Shown here: positions 1 to 9,757 of the stretch, piece after piece
Layout of the letters: every line of letters starts with the position of its first letter
Numbering within the stretch: the first letter of the stretch is position 1
Origin: Candidatus Latescibacterota bacterium
GTDB taxonomy: Bacteria; Latescibacterota; UBA2968; UBA8231
Assembly (NCBI GenBank): GCA_965200315.1
Contig: OZ241362.1
Span: 1,856,001 to 1,920,000, forward strand
Length of the DNA stretch: 64,000 bases
Reading direction: 5' to 3'
The notes under the pieces: generated by a model
Database searches by the model: none
The model's input: only the letters and a program-made list of their open reading frames with translations
Told to the model about the DNA's origin: nothing
Position numbers and translations under genes: made by a program

Positions 1-2169
1 CAGGACTTCGCCAGCGATGAAAAGCTCTTTTCGCTGATTGGGACAAAAGCGGGTGGCGATCTTGTTGGAGTCGTTGCAGACTGCGCGGCGCACGACGAGG
101 TCCGCTGGGTACTCAAACCCGCGATTGCTCAGACTGCGATAGGGATCCACGCTCGCGTACACCTCCTTCATAAACTCCGCCCACAAAGGCAGGGCCGCCG
201 CAGAGCCGGCCTGTCTCGGCCAGAGGCGCAGGCTGGGATCGTCCATCCCGACCCAAACTCCCACTACCAGATGAGGCGTAAAGCCGATGAACCACGCATC
301 CGTGTAATCGTTGGTCGTGCCAGTTTTGCCGGCCGCTTGGGGCCGGAAGTCGTATGTCGTGCGGATGCGTCGTCCGGTGCCGCCGACTTCGTCGACAACC
401 GAGCGCAGCATGTCCGAGACAATCACGGCCACGGCCGGCCGCAGCACCTCCTGCTTATGGCCGCTTTCTCGCGTAAAAAAGACGTCGCCATCCTTGCGCT
501 CCAAGCGACTGATGGCCATTGGCTCGACGTGGATACCCTTGTTGGGGAAGACCGCGTATGCCGCCACCAAGTCGAGGAGTAGCACCTCACTGGTGCCGAC
601 GCCGATGGAAGGGATGGCTTGGATGGGCGTGGATATGCCCATGTTGCGGGCATAACTGCGAACTAGGGGCGGGCCGAGCTCGTCGGCCAGCTTAATGGCG
701 ATGAGGTTGCGCGACTGTTTCAGCCCTTCGCGCAGCGTCATCGGCCCCTTGAACTTCTTGTCGTAGTTCTCGGGGTCCCAAAACTCCCTACGCCCGTGGT
801 CCCACAGCGTGAAGGCATTGTCGTCGAGCACATCTACCGCAAAGCGATTGTTGTCGATGGCGGCCGTGAACACGAAGGGCTTGAACGCGGACCCAGGCTG
901 CCGCTTGGCTTGGGTGGCGCGATTGAATTTGCTGAGGCTGAAGTCGCGGCCCCCAATCATGGCCAAGATGTGGCCGGTAGCCGGATCCATAGCCACTAAG
1001 GCGGCTTGGACTACGGCCGAGTCGCGCACACTCCGGGCCGCGCCCACGGCCGCTAGGTACTGATCCACCTTTTTCTGCACCTTGCTTATTTCAGTATCAA
1101 AGTGCTTTTCGGCTATCTGCTGCAAGCGCGAGTCAATCGTAGTGTGGACCACAAAGCCCTCGCGATAGATTGCCATGCCAAACTCGCTCTGGATCTGCTG
1201 GCGGACATGCTCGACAAAGTACGGGGCTATGCCATAGGTCTCCTCGCGGCTACCCCTGCGGGCGACGATGGGTTCGTTGCGCAGGGAATCGCGCTCAGCG
1301 GGCGTGATCGCACCGTTGTCGGCCATGCTGGCCAGCACTAGATTGCGGTGCTTGCGGGCGCGTTCGGGGTGCCTCAAGGGGCTATGACTATTGGGCCGCG
1401 GCAGCAGCCCGACGAGCAAGGCATTCTCTTCGAGCGCGAGCTGATCGACTTCTCGGTCAAAGTACAAGCGCGCCGCCGACTTAATCCCGTAGGCACCGTG
1501 ACCGAAATAGACTGTGTTGAGGTACATAGTCATTATCTCGGGCTTGGTGTACAGGCGCTCAATTAAAACAGCGGTGATCTGTTCGCGGATCTTGCGCACG
1601 TACGTGGCCGCCACATCGGCAAAGGAAGCACTGCCGCGCTGAGTACCAACTTCGGCGAATACACTGCGGGCGAGCTGCTGGGTAAGCGTGCTGGCCCCTT
1701 GGCCGACGAGACGCCGGTCTTTAAGGTTGGCCAGCAGTGCCCCGGGAATGCGGTAGATATCAATGCCCCAATGCGAGAAGAAGCGCCGGTCTTCAGCCGC
1801 GATGAGGGCGGCCCGCACGGATTCGGGGATTTCCTCATAAGTGAGGATTTCGCGGTTTTCCTCGAGGAAGTCCTGCAAGTGGCGGCCGTCGGCCGAATAC
1901 ACGTTGGTAACCCGTTTGGGCCGGAAGCTCCAATCGTCGATGTCGGGCAAGTTGTCGTTAAAGATCAGATAGCCACCTACGCCGACAACGGCGTACAAGG
2001 CGAGGAAGCAAGTGGTGTAGAGCAGCAGCCTCTTGAGCATTGAGAGGCTAAAGGCCCCTTTTACTCCTTCTACTACCCTGTCCAGAAGCCCTTTATTCAC
2101 ATTGCTCAATAAGAGGCTGGGTACGCGTTTCGCTCCTTCTACTACCCTGCCCAGAAGCTCTTTATTCAT
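1..2169 (-). CDS. mrcA: Class A penicillin-binding protein (PBP1A family; transglycosylase + transpeptidase); 3' end runs off the window
   Basis: Manual translation: TM anchor LLLYTTCFLALYAVVGVGGYLIF, GT51 motifs AEDRRFFSHWGID and GQGASTLTQQLAR, transpeptidase RQPGSAFKPF (SxxK). ATG at 2169 overlaps the upstream stop; alternative ATG at 2040. Confidence 0.92.
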   Translation of the reverse strand, partial: MNKELLGRVVEGAKRVPSLLLSNVNKGLLDRVVEGVKGAFSLSMLKRLLLYTTCFLALYAVVGVGGYLIFNDNLPDIDDWSFRPKRVTNVYSADGRHLQDFLEENREILTYEEIPESVRAALIAAEDRRFFSHWGIDIYRIPGALLANLKDRRLVGQGASTLTQQLARSVFAEVGTQRGSASFADVAATYVRKIREQITAVLIERLYTKPEIMTMYLNTVYFGHGAYGIKSAARLYFDREVDQLALEENALLVGLLPRPNSHSPLRHPERARKHRNLVLASMADNGAITPAERDSLRNEPIVARRGSREETYGIAPYFVEHVRQQIQSEFGMAIYREGFVVHTTIDSRLQQIAEKHFDTEISKVQKKVDQYLAAVGAARSVRDSAVVQAALVAMDPATGHILAMIGGRDFSLSKFNRATQAKRQPGSAFKPFVFTAAIDNNRFAVDVLDDNAFTLWDHGRREFWDPENYDKKFKGPMTLREGLKQSRNLIAIKLADELGPPLVRSYARNMGISTPIQAIPSIGVGTSEVLLLDLVAAYAVFPNKGIHVEPMAISRLERKDGDVFFTRESGHKQEVLRPAVAVIVSDMLRSVVDEVGGTGRRIRTTYDFRPQAAGKTGTTNDYTDAWFIGFTPHLVVGVWVGMDDPSLRLWPRQAGSAAALPLWAEFMKEVYASVDPYRSLSNRGFEYPADLVVRRAVCNDSNKIATRFCPNQRKELFIAGEVL
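2064..2169. repeat. In-frame 69-bp-period duplication (37-bp core at 2064-2100 and 2133-2169) at the PBP N-terminus
   Basis: ctccttctactaccctg(t/c)ccagaagc(c/t)ctttattca occurs twice; encodes MNKELLGRVVEG and VNKGLLDRVVEG. Confidence 0.85.
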
Positions 2170-5100
2170 AGTAGCCCTTGACCCAGCGCGTGTTGTATTC
2201 CTGCAAGTATTCTAGGTGCTCACTAGTTTGCGGATAGTGCTCGCTCGCTGGGTACGGGTAGCCGGACATGCTGTGAAAGGGCAGCGGCCCGACCGTTAGC
2301 GAGTGCGCCGAGTGCAAGTCCATGTCCTTGCCAAAGCCATCGGCGTACAGCAAGAACGAGCGCACGAGACCAGCCGGCGGCGGCGGCAAGGCGGCGAATT
2401 CAACGGTCAGCTCATCTCCGTGGAACATGATGACAAAGCGGTCGTCGATGGCTTCGACCAGCTCCTCGACCGGACCGAAGCGGGTGAAGGCTCCGGCGTG
2501 GGTGCCCCAAGGTGCTTCTAACGCCAATTGATCGTAGTGGTAGCGAAAGGCAAAAGTGCCCTTGATGGATGTATGGGCCGGGTAGCCGCGCCAGTGGAGG
2601 TCGCTCTGCGCCGGTTGCAAGCGATGGACTGTAAGAGGAATGTCCGCAGCGTCGCCCACCAGCAATTGATCCCAGTAGAGCGCGGTGTTGGTCTCGATCC
2701 GCAGCCGGTAGTCGTCGGACGGGAACAGGCCCGCCAAGTCGAAAAGCGCGTGTTTGGGCAGGCCCGCCGGGGAACCCATATCCGCGCTGATTTCGATCCA
2801 CCCCCCCTCGCTATCAGCTACCGACAGGCGCGGCGGATACAGCGACAAGCCGCGCTGCGCGGCGCTCCAGTTTGAGGTCGAATGCGCGTAATCGACCCAC
2901 CCGTAGCCAAGCAAGACCGGATGGGCGAATTCGGACAGGTCGCCCAAGTCGAGCTCTAGCGCATAGTCTTCGGCATAGCCGTGTATATCGAGCTGGTCAA
3001 AGCCGTCGTACCACTCGTCGTCGATCTCCTGCAGCGTAGCCAACACGTCCAGCCCTCGGTGATCTTTGGCGGCTACCGGCGGGCGCAGATTGCGCAGAGG
3101 GTAGAGTTTGAACTCTGGGTAAGGAGGCTGGGAAAGCAGGCGCTCGTTGGGATACACGTCGAATTCGGGCGGATGATCAACGGCCACTAGTTCGAGGGCA
3201 TCGACGTAAATGATTTCCTCTAGCTGATTAGCCAATTGCAAGACATAGTGGCCGTCTTTGGGGGCCAGCGGCCCCAAGCGGACGTACTCGTCGGTGTCGG
3301 GCTGGTAGTACTGACCCGGGGCGGTCAAGTAGCCAATAATGGCTCCCCCGAGAATGTCGGTGACAAAGCGATAACGCTCGCCGTCCCAAGCGTAGAGAAT
3401 GGGGCACGAGGTCCCCTTGCGGTCGAGTTCGGTCAGCTCCAGCCGCTGGCCAGCCCCGGTGGCCAACTCGGTCTGGCGCACGCCGCCGGGCCAGAGGATA
3501 CGGATGAATTCGACCGAGTCGCTCTGCGCCAAGCCGAAGTGGAGCACACCCGCGTATCCCTCGCTGCGGATCTCGCGTTTCTGGAGGCGGTGGGTGGTTT
3601 TCACCTCCACCTTGGCCCCCACACCATCGCGGTTGCTGTTGAGCCCTTGGGTGGCGATCTCGATCCAGTGCCCCCCCTCGCTTTGGTTGTGCAGCACCCG
3701 GCCACCCGCCCAAATATCCACGCGGCCGTCGCCGTTGAAATCGGCCACGAGCACCGCCCCACCCGGCTCGTCGATAGGGGGTTGCGGCTGGAACTGGCCG
3801 CCGCCGTACGCGAGCGGTTGCAGCCGCTCGTCCTCGCAGGCGAGCAGGTCCAAGTCGCCGTCGTTGTCGAAGTCGGCGGGAAGCAACGCCCGCCCGCCGG
3901 ACGCCGCCGACGTCGCGGCCGGAACGAAGGCGCGGCCGGCTTGGTTGATATGCGTTTCGACGGCACCGCTAGCCGCGATAGCCAAATCCATATAGCCGTC
4001 TTGGTTGAAGTCCTCAACGGCCAAGCCCGCGCCCTGCACTGCGCCCAAGCCCAAGGCGGCGGCGATTTCCGAGAACGTGCCGTCGCGATTGTTGGTTTGC
4101 ACTTGCAGGCCCGCGGCCGAGAGGAGGACTACATCCACGTCGCGGTCGTTGTCGAGGTCCGAAAAGACCGCGCGGTCGGCCGGCCCGGCGGTCAAGCTGC
4201 CCGCGGCGAAACGGGCCTCTCCGTCGTTGGCCAGCAGCGCAACGTGCGGGCCGAGCACCAGCAGATCGAGGTCGCCGTCGTGGTCGGCATCGCCCAGCGC
4301 GACACCAGTCGAGGCCACAGACAGGTCTTCTCCGGCACCCCATTCGCCGTTAGCCGCTCGGTAGAGGCGAGTTCCGCCCGCTCCGCTGAGGACCAAGTCG
4401 GCGGTCCCGTCGTTGTCGAGGTCGCCGGCAATCGCACTAGTTGCCCCAAAGCCGTCGGGGAGCGTCGGAGCAGTGAGCACTTCCGCCGTACCGCCAGCGT
4501 ACAGGTGCAAGCCCTCGGCCTTTCGGCTGAGCTCAAGTCGAAGCCCGGCCAAGACATCCGCCTGACCATCGGCGTCAAAGTCTCCCAAAGCGGCAAAACG
4601 CACCGGGCCGGTCGCCGGACCAGTCGCCGCGAATGCCAAAGGCCCGGCCACATCGTCCTGACTCGGATCGCCGCCACCGGCGTCGGCGACAGCCTCGGCG
4701 TATTTGCCCTGCCCCTGATAGGACGAAGAAACGCCTTGGTGGCCGGCTTGGCTGAGTTGGTTGAACCGCTCTAGGGTGCTTTTCCACTCCTCCTCGCGCC
4801 CAAGCCGCCGGTAGAGATTGGCCAGTCCATAGTAAGCCGACACGTTGTAGGGATCGAGGCGCATGGCCTCCTTGAAGTCGGCGATGGCGGCCTCACTCTC
4901 GTTTAGCTTGGCCCGCATCTGCCCCATGTAGTAGCGCACGTGGGGGTCGTCGCGGTCAACGGCCGCGACCTTTTGCAGGGCCGCGAGCGCCTTGTCGTGC
5001 TCCCGGCCTTGGGCATTGTAGATCAGGCCCAGCGCGTAATTGGCGTGGAGGAGGTCGGGGTTGATGGCGAGGGCGGTTTGCAAGGCCGTGGCAGCACTGT

Positions 5101-5368
5101 CGTACTTGCCGAGGGCGTAGTACGCAATGCCGAGATTGGCCCGCGCACTAGCGTAATCCGGGACCACGGCGAGGGCGCGAGCAAACTCCTCCCGACCGCG
5201 CGTATAGTTGTGCTGATCCATATAGACCACGCCCTGATTGTTGTGCCAGCGTGCCTTGGGGGGCCAAGCCGGCGACTCCTCGGGCGGCCTCTGTTCACAG
5301 GCCACTCCCAAGAGGGCCGCAGCAAGAGGTAGCAGAGCTTGGCGCACCTTGACGCTTATTCGGGGCAT
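2162..5368 (-). CDS. Putative lipoprotein with TPR repeats, FG-GAP/VCBS repeats and ASPIC/UnbV domain (CRTAC1-like)
   Basis: Lipobox-like LLGVAC, TPR helices, repeated DxDxDGxxD motifs, NRDGVGAKVEV...LHFGL...IRILWPGG, C-terminal SCPILYAWDG domain. The ORF-track start at 5608 overlaps the tRNA, so the start was moved to about 5368. Confidence 0.85.
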   Translation of the reverse strand: MPRISVKVRQALLPLAAALLGVACEQRPPEESPAWPPKARWHNNQGVVYMDQHNYTRGREEFARALAVVPDYASARANLGIAYYALGKYDSAATALQTALAINPDLLHANYALGLIYNAQGREHDKALAALQKVAAVDRDDPHVRYYMGQMRAKLNESEAAIADFKEAMRLDPYNVSAYYGLANLYRRLGREEEWKSTLERFNQLSQAGHQGVSSSYQGQGKYAEAVADAGGGDPSQDDVAGPLAFAATGPATGPVRFAALGDFDADGQADVLAGLRLELSRKAEGLHLYAGGTAEVLTAPTLPDGFGATSAIAGDLDNDGTADLVLSGAGGTRLYRAANGEWGAGEDLSVASTGVALGDADHDGDLDLLVLGPHVALLANDGEARFAAGSLTAGPADRAVFSDLDNDRDVDVVLLSAAGLQVQTNNRDGTFSEIAAALGLGAVQGAGLAVEDFNQDGYMDLAIAASGAVETHINQAGRAFVPAATSAASGGRALLPADFDNDGDLDLLACEDERLQPLAYGGGQFQPQPPIDEPGGAVLVADFNGDGRVDIWAGGRVLHNQSEGGHWIEIATQGLNSNRDGVGAKVEVKTTHRLQKREIRSEGYAGVLHFGLAQSDSVEFIRILWPGGVRQTELATGAGQRLELTELDRKGTSCPILYAWDGERYRFVTDILGGAIIGYLTAPGQYYQPDTDEYVRLGPLAPKDGHYVLQLANQLEEIIYVDALELVAVDHPPEFDVYPNERLLSQPPYPEFKLYPLRNLRPPVAAKDHRGLDVLATLQEIDDEWYDGFDQLDIHGYAEDYALELDLGDLSEFAHPVLLGYGWVDYAHSTSNWSAAQRGLSLYPPRLSVADSEGGWIEISADMGSPAGLPKHALFDLAGLFPSDDYRLRIETNTALYWDQLLVGDAADIPLTVHRLQPAQSDLHWRGYPAHTSIKGTFAFRYHYDQLALEAPWGTHAGAFTRFGPVEELVEAIDDRFVIMFHGDELTVEFAALPPPPAGLVRSFLLYADGFGKDMDLHSAHSLTVGPLPFHSMSGYPYPASEHYPQTSEHLEYLQEYNTRWVKGYYE

Positions 5369-5377
5369 GGTTATATT
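5349..5377 (+). promoter_or_regulatory. Sigma70-type promoter for tRNA-Gly
   Basis: TTGACG-N17-TATATT about 27 nt upstream of the tRNA. Confidence 0.65.
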
Positions 5378-5404
5378 TTTCCTCTCATATTGATGAATTT
5401 TCGA

Positions 5405-5480
5405 GCGAGAGTAGCTCAGTTGGTAGAGCTCCACGTTGCCAACGTGGTTGTCGCGGGTTCGAGTCCCGTCTCTCGCTCCA
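5405..5480 (+). tRNA. tRNA-Gly (GCC)
   Basis: Acceptor GCGAGAG/CTCTCGC, D-arm AGCTCAGTTGGTAGAGC, anticodon arm CCACG-TTGCCAA-CGTGG, T-loop GGTTCGAGTCC, encoded CCA. Confidence 0.97.
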
Positions 5481-5576
5481 TTTTTTTGCCTCAACTTCCA
5501 TTTCAATATACTTAAAACCCCCATTGAGAAAAGCTGGCCCAGTCTTGCGTCGGGTCGAATTGCGGGGAATCTACGC

Positions 5577-6722
5577 TCAATTTCCAGAGGAATCCGCCGA
5601 GCCGGCAAAGCGCGGGCCGAGACGGAACAAATCGCCCAGTGGGTTTTGGCGGTCCTCTAAGGCGTCGGCTATAACGGGTCCAATGGAGCCGCCGAACTTA
5701 AAGCCGTGGCCGCTGCCACAGCCAGCGATGAGAATCCCCCGCGCCGCCGGGGCCCAGTCGATGACAAAGTGGTCGTCGGGCGTATTGGTGTACAGACAGG
5801 CGCGGCCCCCCACCAGTCGGGCCTCTTCCAGAGCGGGCAGGCGCTGGGCGACAAAGGCGCGGGCCTGGTCGAAGAAGCCGGGGCTGGGTTGGCGATCAGC
5901 CTCGGGCTCAGCGCACTCCACTTTGCTGTCCTCGGCGATTTTGACGTACCCTTCGCGCAGCAGCGGGAAGCCGTACCAAGCCGCCTCGGGACTCAGCACC
6001 GTCCACACGGGAAATACCTTCTGGGCGAACTCCTCGGGCTTGGCCGGGGCCAAGAAGGCCATTTGCTGGCGCGTTATGCGCAGATGGTCCCTTAACGTGG
6101 GAAAAAGGCGCACCACCCAAGCACCAGCGGCGACCACGACGCGGTCGAATAGAGGCCGCTCGGCCTCTGTGGTTAGGCGGATCCCCCGGTCGGTCTCGGC
6201 TAGGTCCTGCACTGGGGTGTGGGAGCGGATAGCAACGCCTCGCTCCCGGGCCAAATCGGCCAGATCGGCCACGGCCTGACCGCTGCGCAAATAGCCGGAC
6301 CAAGAATCGTAAAAGAGCGTGTCGTCGTCCTGCACGGTAAATTGGGGAAAGCACTGGCGCACCTGAGTCGGGCTCAGCACTTCGACCGGCTTTCCCCGCT
6401 GGCGCAGCGTCTTTAGGCCGCGGCGGGCTGGGCTGTCGGCGGGCAAATCGCCCCAGATATTGAGCTTGCCGGTCTGGTAGTAGATAGCTCGGCTGAGCTG
6501 ATCGTGCCATTGGCGCCACTGATGAGCGGCCCGCTCGACCAGCTCTTGGTAGGTCTCCTCGGGGTAGCTGGTGCGGCGGATGACTTTGGACACATCGGTC
6601 GAGGAAGCATCTGGACAGGGGATGGGGCCGCGTTCAAAGAGGGAGACCTGATGGCCCCGCCGATTGAGTTCCAAAGCCGCCGCCAAGCCGAAAATCCCCG
6701 CCCCCACAATGCCGACGCGCAT
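5577..6722 (-). CDS. FAD-dependent oxidoreductase, sarcosine oxidase/SolA (DAO) family
   Basis: IVGAGIFG dinucleotide-binding motif, CLYTNTPDDHFVID, GSGHGFKF. Confidence 0.88.
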   Translation of the reverse strand: MRVGIVGAGIFGLAAALELNRRGHQVSLFERGPIPCPDASSTDVSKVIRRTSYPEETYQELVERAAHQWRQWHDQLSRAIYYQTGKLNIWGDLPADSPARRGLKTLRQRGKPVEVLSPTQVRQCFPQFTVQDDDTLFYDSWSGYLRSGQAVADLADLARERGVAIRSHTPVQDLAETDRGIRLTTEAERPLFDRVVVAAGAWVVRLFPTLRDHLRITRQQMAFLAPAKPEEFAQKVFPVWTVLSPEAAWYGFPLLREGYVKIAEDSKVECAEPEADRQPSPGFFDQARAFVAQRLPALEEARLVGGRACLYTNTPDDHFVIDWAPAARGILIAGCGSGHGFKFGGSIGPVIADALEDRQNPLGDLFRLGPRFAGSADSSGN

Positions 6723-6733
6723 GGCTGCCAAAA

Positions 6734-9133
6734 TTAGAGCTTCTCAGCGCGCCGCTCGCGAACTTGCAAAAGGGCCGGCAGCAGGGTGACGGACGTGATA
6801 AAACAGGACCCCAAGCCCACCAGCGAGAGTACGCCAATCGACGTGAGCGCCGGGTGAATGGCCGGCACCAACCCCGAAAAGCCGACCATCGTCGTCAGCG
6901 ACGTAGCCAACAGCGCGACCCCGGTCGTGCGCAACACCAGCCGTAGCGAGCCGCGGCCGACTTCTTGGTAGCGGTGAAAGATGTGGACGCTGTTGTCAAT
7001 GCCCATGCCGATAATCGTCGGAAAGGCGACCATGTTGTAGAGGTTGAGCTTGATGTCAAACGCATGCATGAAGCCCACGACCCATATCAAGGCGTTCAAA
7101 AGCGGCGTGAGCACCAGCAAGGTTTCGACGAAACTCCGCAGGTCAATGAGCAGGACCACCGCGACGACCGCGAGCGTGAGGATCACGGCGAGGGAGCTAT
7201 CCTCGAGCATGACCTTGAGCATTTCGGCGACGATGATGTGCGAGCTAGAGGCTATGTAGGCCTTGCCCGTCGGCGTTTCAATACGGCTGATTTCCTCGGC
7301 AAAGCGGATGGCGTCTTTTCCATCCTTGAGCTCGACTGCGGCGTTGATCGCCACGAAGTTGAGGATGTTGCCCGCCTTGTCCTTGAACGCGTTGGTCAAG
7401 TCCGCCGGCAGGTCGTAGAGCGTTAGCTTTTTCACGTCTAGGTACGGGCGCAGCGAGTCCAGTTTAGCTCGCTCGCTCTCGCTGAAGAGTCCCTCTTCCC
7501 GGTCGAGCGAGGTGCGCATGTCGGCGATGAGCGCCAGCTTGGCGTCTTGGTCTTGCGGCAGCGCAGAGTACACGCTCTTGACGCTGAGGACGGTAGTGGA
7601 ATCGCCGTGGGCAGCCTTGATGCCCTCGACCGTGCGAACCACCTCCATAGCCTCGTCGTAGCTTTCGGTCAGGACAATGGCCGGCGAGCGGCCTTCCTTC
7701 AGGCTCTGAGGCAGGCTGCCCTTGTTGATGTTGGGCGGCGGCGCGGGCTTGAGCTTGCTGAAGTCGTATTCAAATTCCAAATCGCCGAGGTAGTACAGCG
7801 AGTACCCGGTGATCACGGTGCCTATCAGCAGGGAGGCCCAAGGCTTTGGGTAGCGACCAGTGCGCCACAGGACGCTTCGCTTGCGGATCGGAATGACCAA
7901 TCGCAGGCGCTCGGCGAGGACGATGAAGGCCGGGCATATAGCAACCATGGCCACCAGCGAGAAGAGGATGCCGGTGCCCACGATAAAGCCGAACTCCGAG
8001 AAGCCCTTAAAATCCGTCAACAGCAGCGAATAGAAGGCGATCGAGGTAGTAAGCGCCGTCGTAGTCAGGGCCTTGCCCGTGTGCCGGACGGTCACGGTCA
8101 GGGCCTGTTCGATATCCATTCCTCGGCGTCGAGCCTCGCGGTAGCGGGCGAAGATGTGAATGCCAAAGTCGATGCCCAGCCCAAAGAGGATGGCGAAAAG
8201 CCCCACGGTGATCATGTTGAGGCTACCGATGGCCAAGTAGGTGACGCCAAAAGTCCAAGTTAGGCTCATCAGCAGCGGCAAGGTGATGAAGAGCGAGCCA
8301 ATTACTTGGCGGAAGAGCAAGGTGATGAGCAGGAGCACGCCGACGATACTGTACAAGGCCGTTGATTTGAGGTCTCGGATAATGATCGTGAATTGGTTGG
8401 CGCTGTTTTGAAAACTGCCCTTGTACACGCATTCAATGCTGGGATGGAAGCGCTCCGGGCCGATGGCGGCAATGGTCTGGTTGAGATGGTCGATTAGAGC
8501 ATGTGAAAATGAAACATCCGTGGTAAGCCCGGCCGGATAAAGCCGGAGGATAAAGCCGTTGCCCTCTCGCGTGAGGACGTACTGGCGGTATTGCGCTGCG
8601 ACCGCGGCGGCCGCTCCGTCCTGCTGGTACTTGGCCTCGATATCCGAAAAATCGAGTACCTGCTCTTCCTCGTCGTCAAAGGCAAAGTAGAGCGGCGACT
8701 GCTTGAGCTTTTGCAGTTCTATGTGCTCGTCGAGGCGGCGGTTGACTTCTCGCAGGTCCTCTAAGTCCATGTAGAGCAGCCGGTTTTTTTCGAGCAGATC
8801 CTTTTTGCTGTCGAGGCGGCTCACCGAGCTGATCAGCGGGCTGTGTTCGAGCGAATCGGCCAAGACCTGCATGAAGGAGGCGGCCGCGTCCAAGTCGTCG
8901 CTGGTGATGACGACCATCAGTGGGCCGATGCCGCCGATGCGGGCCTTGATGCGGTTGAGTTCCCTGACGCTGACGTAATCATTGGACAGGAGATCGGCGA
9001 AGTCGGTCTTGATGTTTTGGGCCAGCTTGGCGGCGAAAAATCCGGCAAATACCGACAGTATAGTGGCCAGCGCAATTATGCCGATGTAGTGGTGGTAAAT
9101 GTAGCGGACCAAGCGCTGGTGGCTTATGGGCAT
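6734..9133 (-). CDS. MMPL/RND-family inner-membrane transporter (HpnN-like)
   Basis: Two TM bundles with GLGIDFGIH and GMGIDNSVH motifs, two large periplasmic loops. Confidence 0.88.
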   Translation of the reverse strand: MPISHQRLVRYIYHHYIGIIALATILSVFAGFFAAKLAQNIKTDFADLLSNDYVSVRELNRIKARIGGIGPLMVVITSDDLDAAASFMQVLADSLEHSPLISSVSRLDSKKDLLEKNRLLYMDLEDLREVNRRLDEHIELQKLKQSPLYFAFDDEEEQVLDFSDIEAKYQQDGAAAAVAAQYRQYVLTREGNGFILRLYPAGLTTDVSFSHALIDHLNQTIAAIGPERFHPSIECVYKGSFQNSANQFTIIIRDLKSTALYSIVGVLLLITLLFRQVIGSLFITLPLLMSLTWTFGVTYLAIGSLNMITVGLFAILFGLGIDFGIHIFARYREARRRGMDIEQALTVTVRHTGKALTTTALTTSIAFYSLLLTDFKGFSEFGFIVGTGILFSLVAMVAICPAFIVLAERLRLVIPIRKRSVLWRTGRYPKPWASLLIGTVITGYSLYYLGDLEFEYDFSKLKPAPPPNINKGSLPQSLKEGRSPAIVLTESYDEAMEVVRTVEGIKAAHGDSTTVLSVKSVYSALPQDQDAKLALIADMRTSLDREEGLFSESERAKLDSLRPYLDVKKLTLYDLPADLTNAFKDKAGNILNFVAINAAVELKDGKDAIRFAEEISRIETPTGKAYIASSSHIIVAEMLKVMLEDSSLAVILTLAVVAVVLLIDLRSFVETLLVLTPLLNALIWVVGFMHAFDIKLNLYNMVAFPTIIGMGIDNSVHIFHRYQEVGRGSLRLVLRTTGVALLATSLTTMVGFSGLVPAIHPALTSIGVLSLVGLGSCFITSVTLLPALLQVRERRAEKL

Positions 9134-9142
9134 GGCAGAGAG

Positions 9143-9757
9143 TTAATCCCGCTTTGCACCGCCTGAAGGCGGCGAGAGGCGGGCCAGTTGCTTTTCGAGC
9201 TGAATGATGAGCTTCTCGTAGCCATTTTTTTCGATGTAGCGGGCATAGCGCCGCCTGTTGCCCTCGGCCGTGCTGACGCCGTCGATGCCCAAGTCGTATA
9301 TCCGCCACACACCCTCCACCCGATGGAGCTTGTACTCGATCTCTATTTCCTCATCTCGCACCGGTGCCAGCGCTTGGACGACAGCCGCGTCTCCTTGCAC
9401 CGCGGCCGACTCGTAGCGGATCTCGCCCTCTCGGTAGTAGCGGGAGAAGCTGTCGAAATTCTGCTCGCGGATGATACTGCTGAAGGTTTCGGCGAAGTGG
9501 TCGCGCTCAGCCGGGGAGCGGCCTTCCCAGTGATCTCCCAAGGCGAGACGGCTCAATTCCCGGAAGTCAAAGGCCGCGTTGATGTGCTTTTTAAGGTCTT
9601 CCTGCACGGCCGGGGACAGCGAGTCGGCCGGTGCCTCAGCGAGGATGGCTTGCACTGCGGCGGCGTGGCTTTTGAGGAAGGCAATGGGATCGTCGGTAGC
9701 AGGGGCAACAGCCGCGACGGCGAGGACGCCACACACACCGCACCATATCGTTTTCAT
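9143..9757 (-). CDS. MlaC/Ttg2D (HpnM-like) periplasmic lipid-binding protein
   Basis: FDFRELSRLALGDHW, WRIYDLGIDGVS...RRRY; N-terminal signal peptide. Confidence 0.85.
   Translation of the reverse strand: MKTIWCGVCGVLAVAAVAPATDDPIAFLKSHAAAVQAILAEAPADSLSPAVQEDLKKHINAAFDFRELSRLALGDHWEGRSPAERDHFAETFSSIIREQNFDSFSRYYREGEIRYESAAVQGDAAVVQALAPVRDEEIEIEYKLHRVEGVWRIYDLGIDGVSTAEGNRRRYARYIEKNGYEKLIIQLEKQLARLSPPSGGAKRD

Noticed and set aside
2064-2169. 37-bp repeats with a 32-bp spacer resembling a mini-CRISPR
   Set aside because: Only two copies, period is a multiple of 3, similarity extends into the flanks, they encode a duplicated peptide, and there are no cas genes.
3236-4774. 512-aa plus-strand ORF and similar long antisense ORFs (e.g. 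27903-28940)
   Set aside because: Shadow ORFs opposite well-supported genes in GC-rich DNA, with no recognisable motifs.
5405-5480. tRNA-Gly as an island integration site
   Set aside because: No integrase nearby and no duplicated tRNA 3' end noticed in the window.
5369-5608. N-terminal extension of the 1148-aa ORF
   Set aside because: It is the antisense of tRNA-Gly; the signal peptide begins at about 5368.
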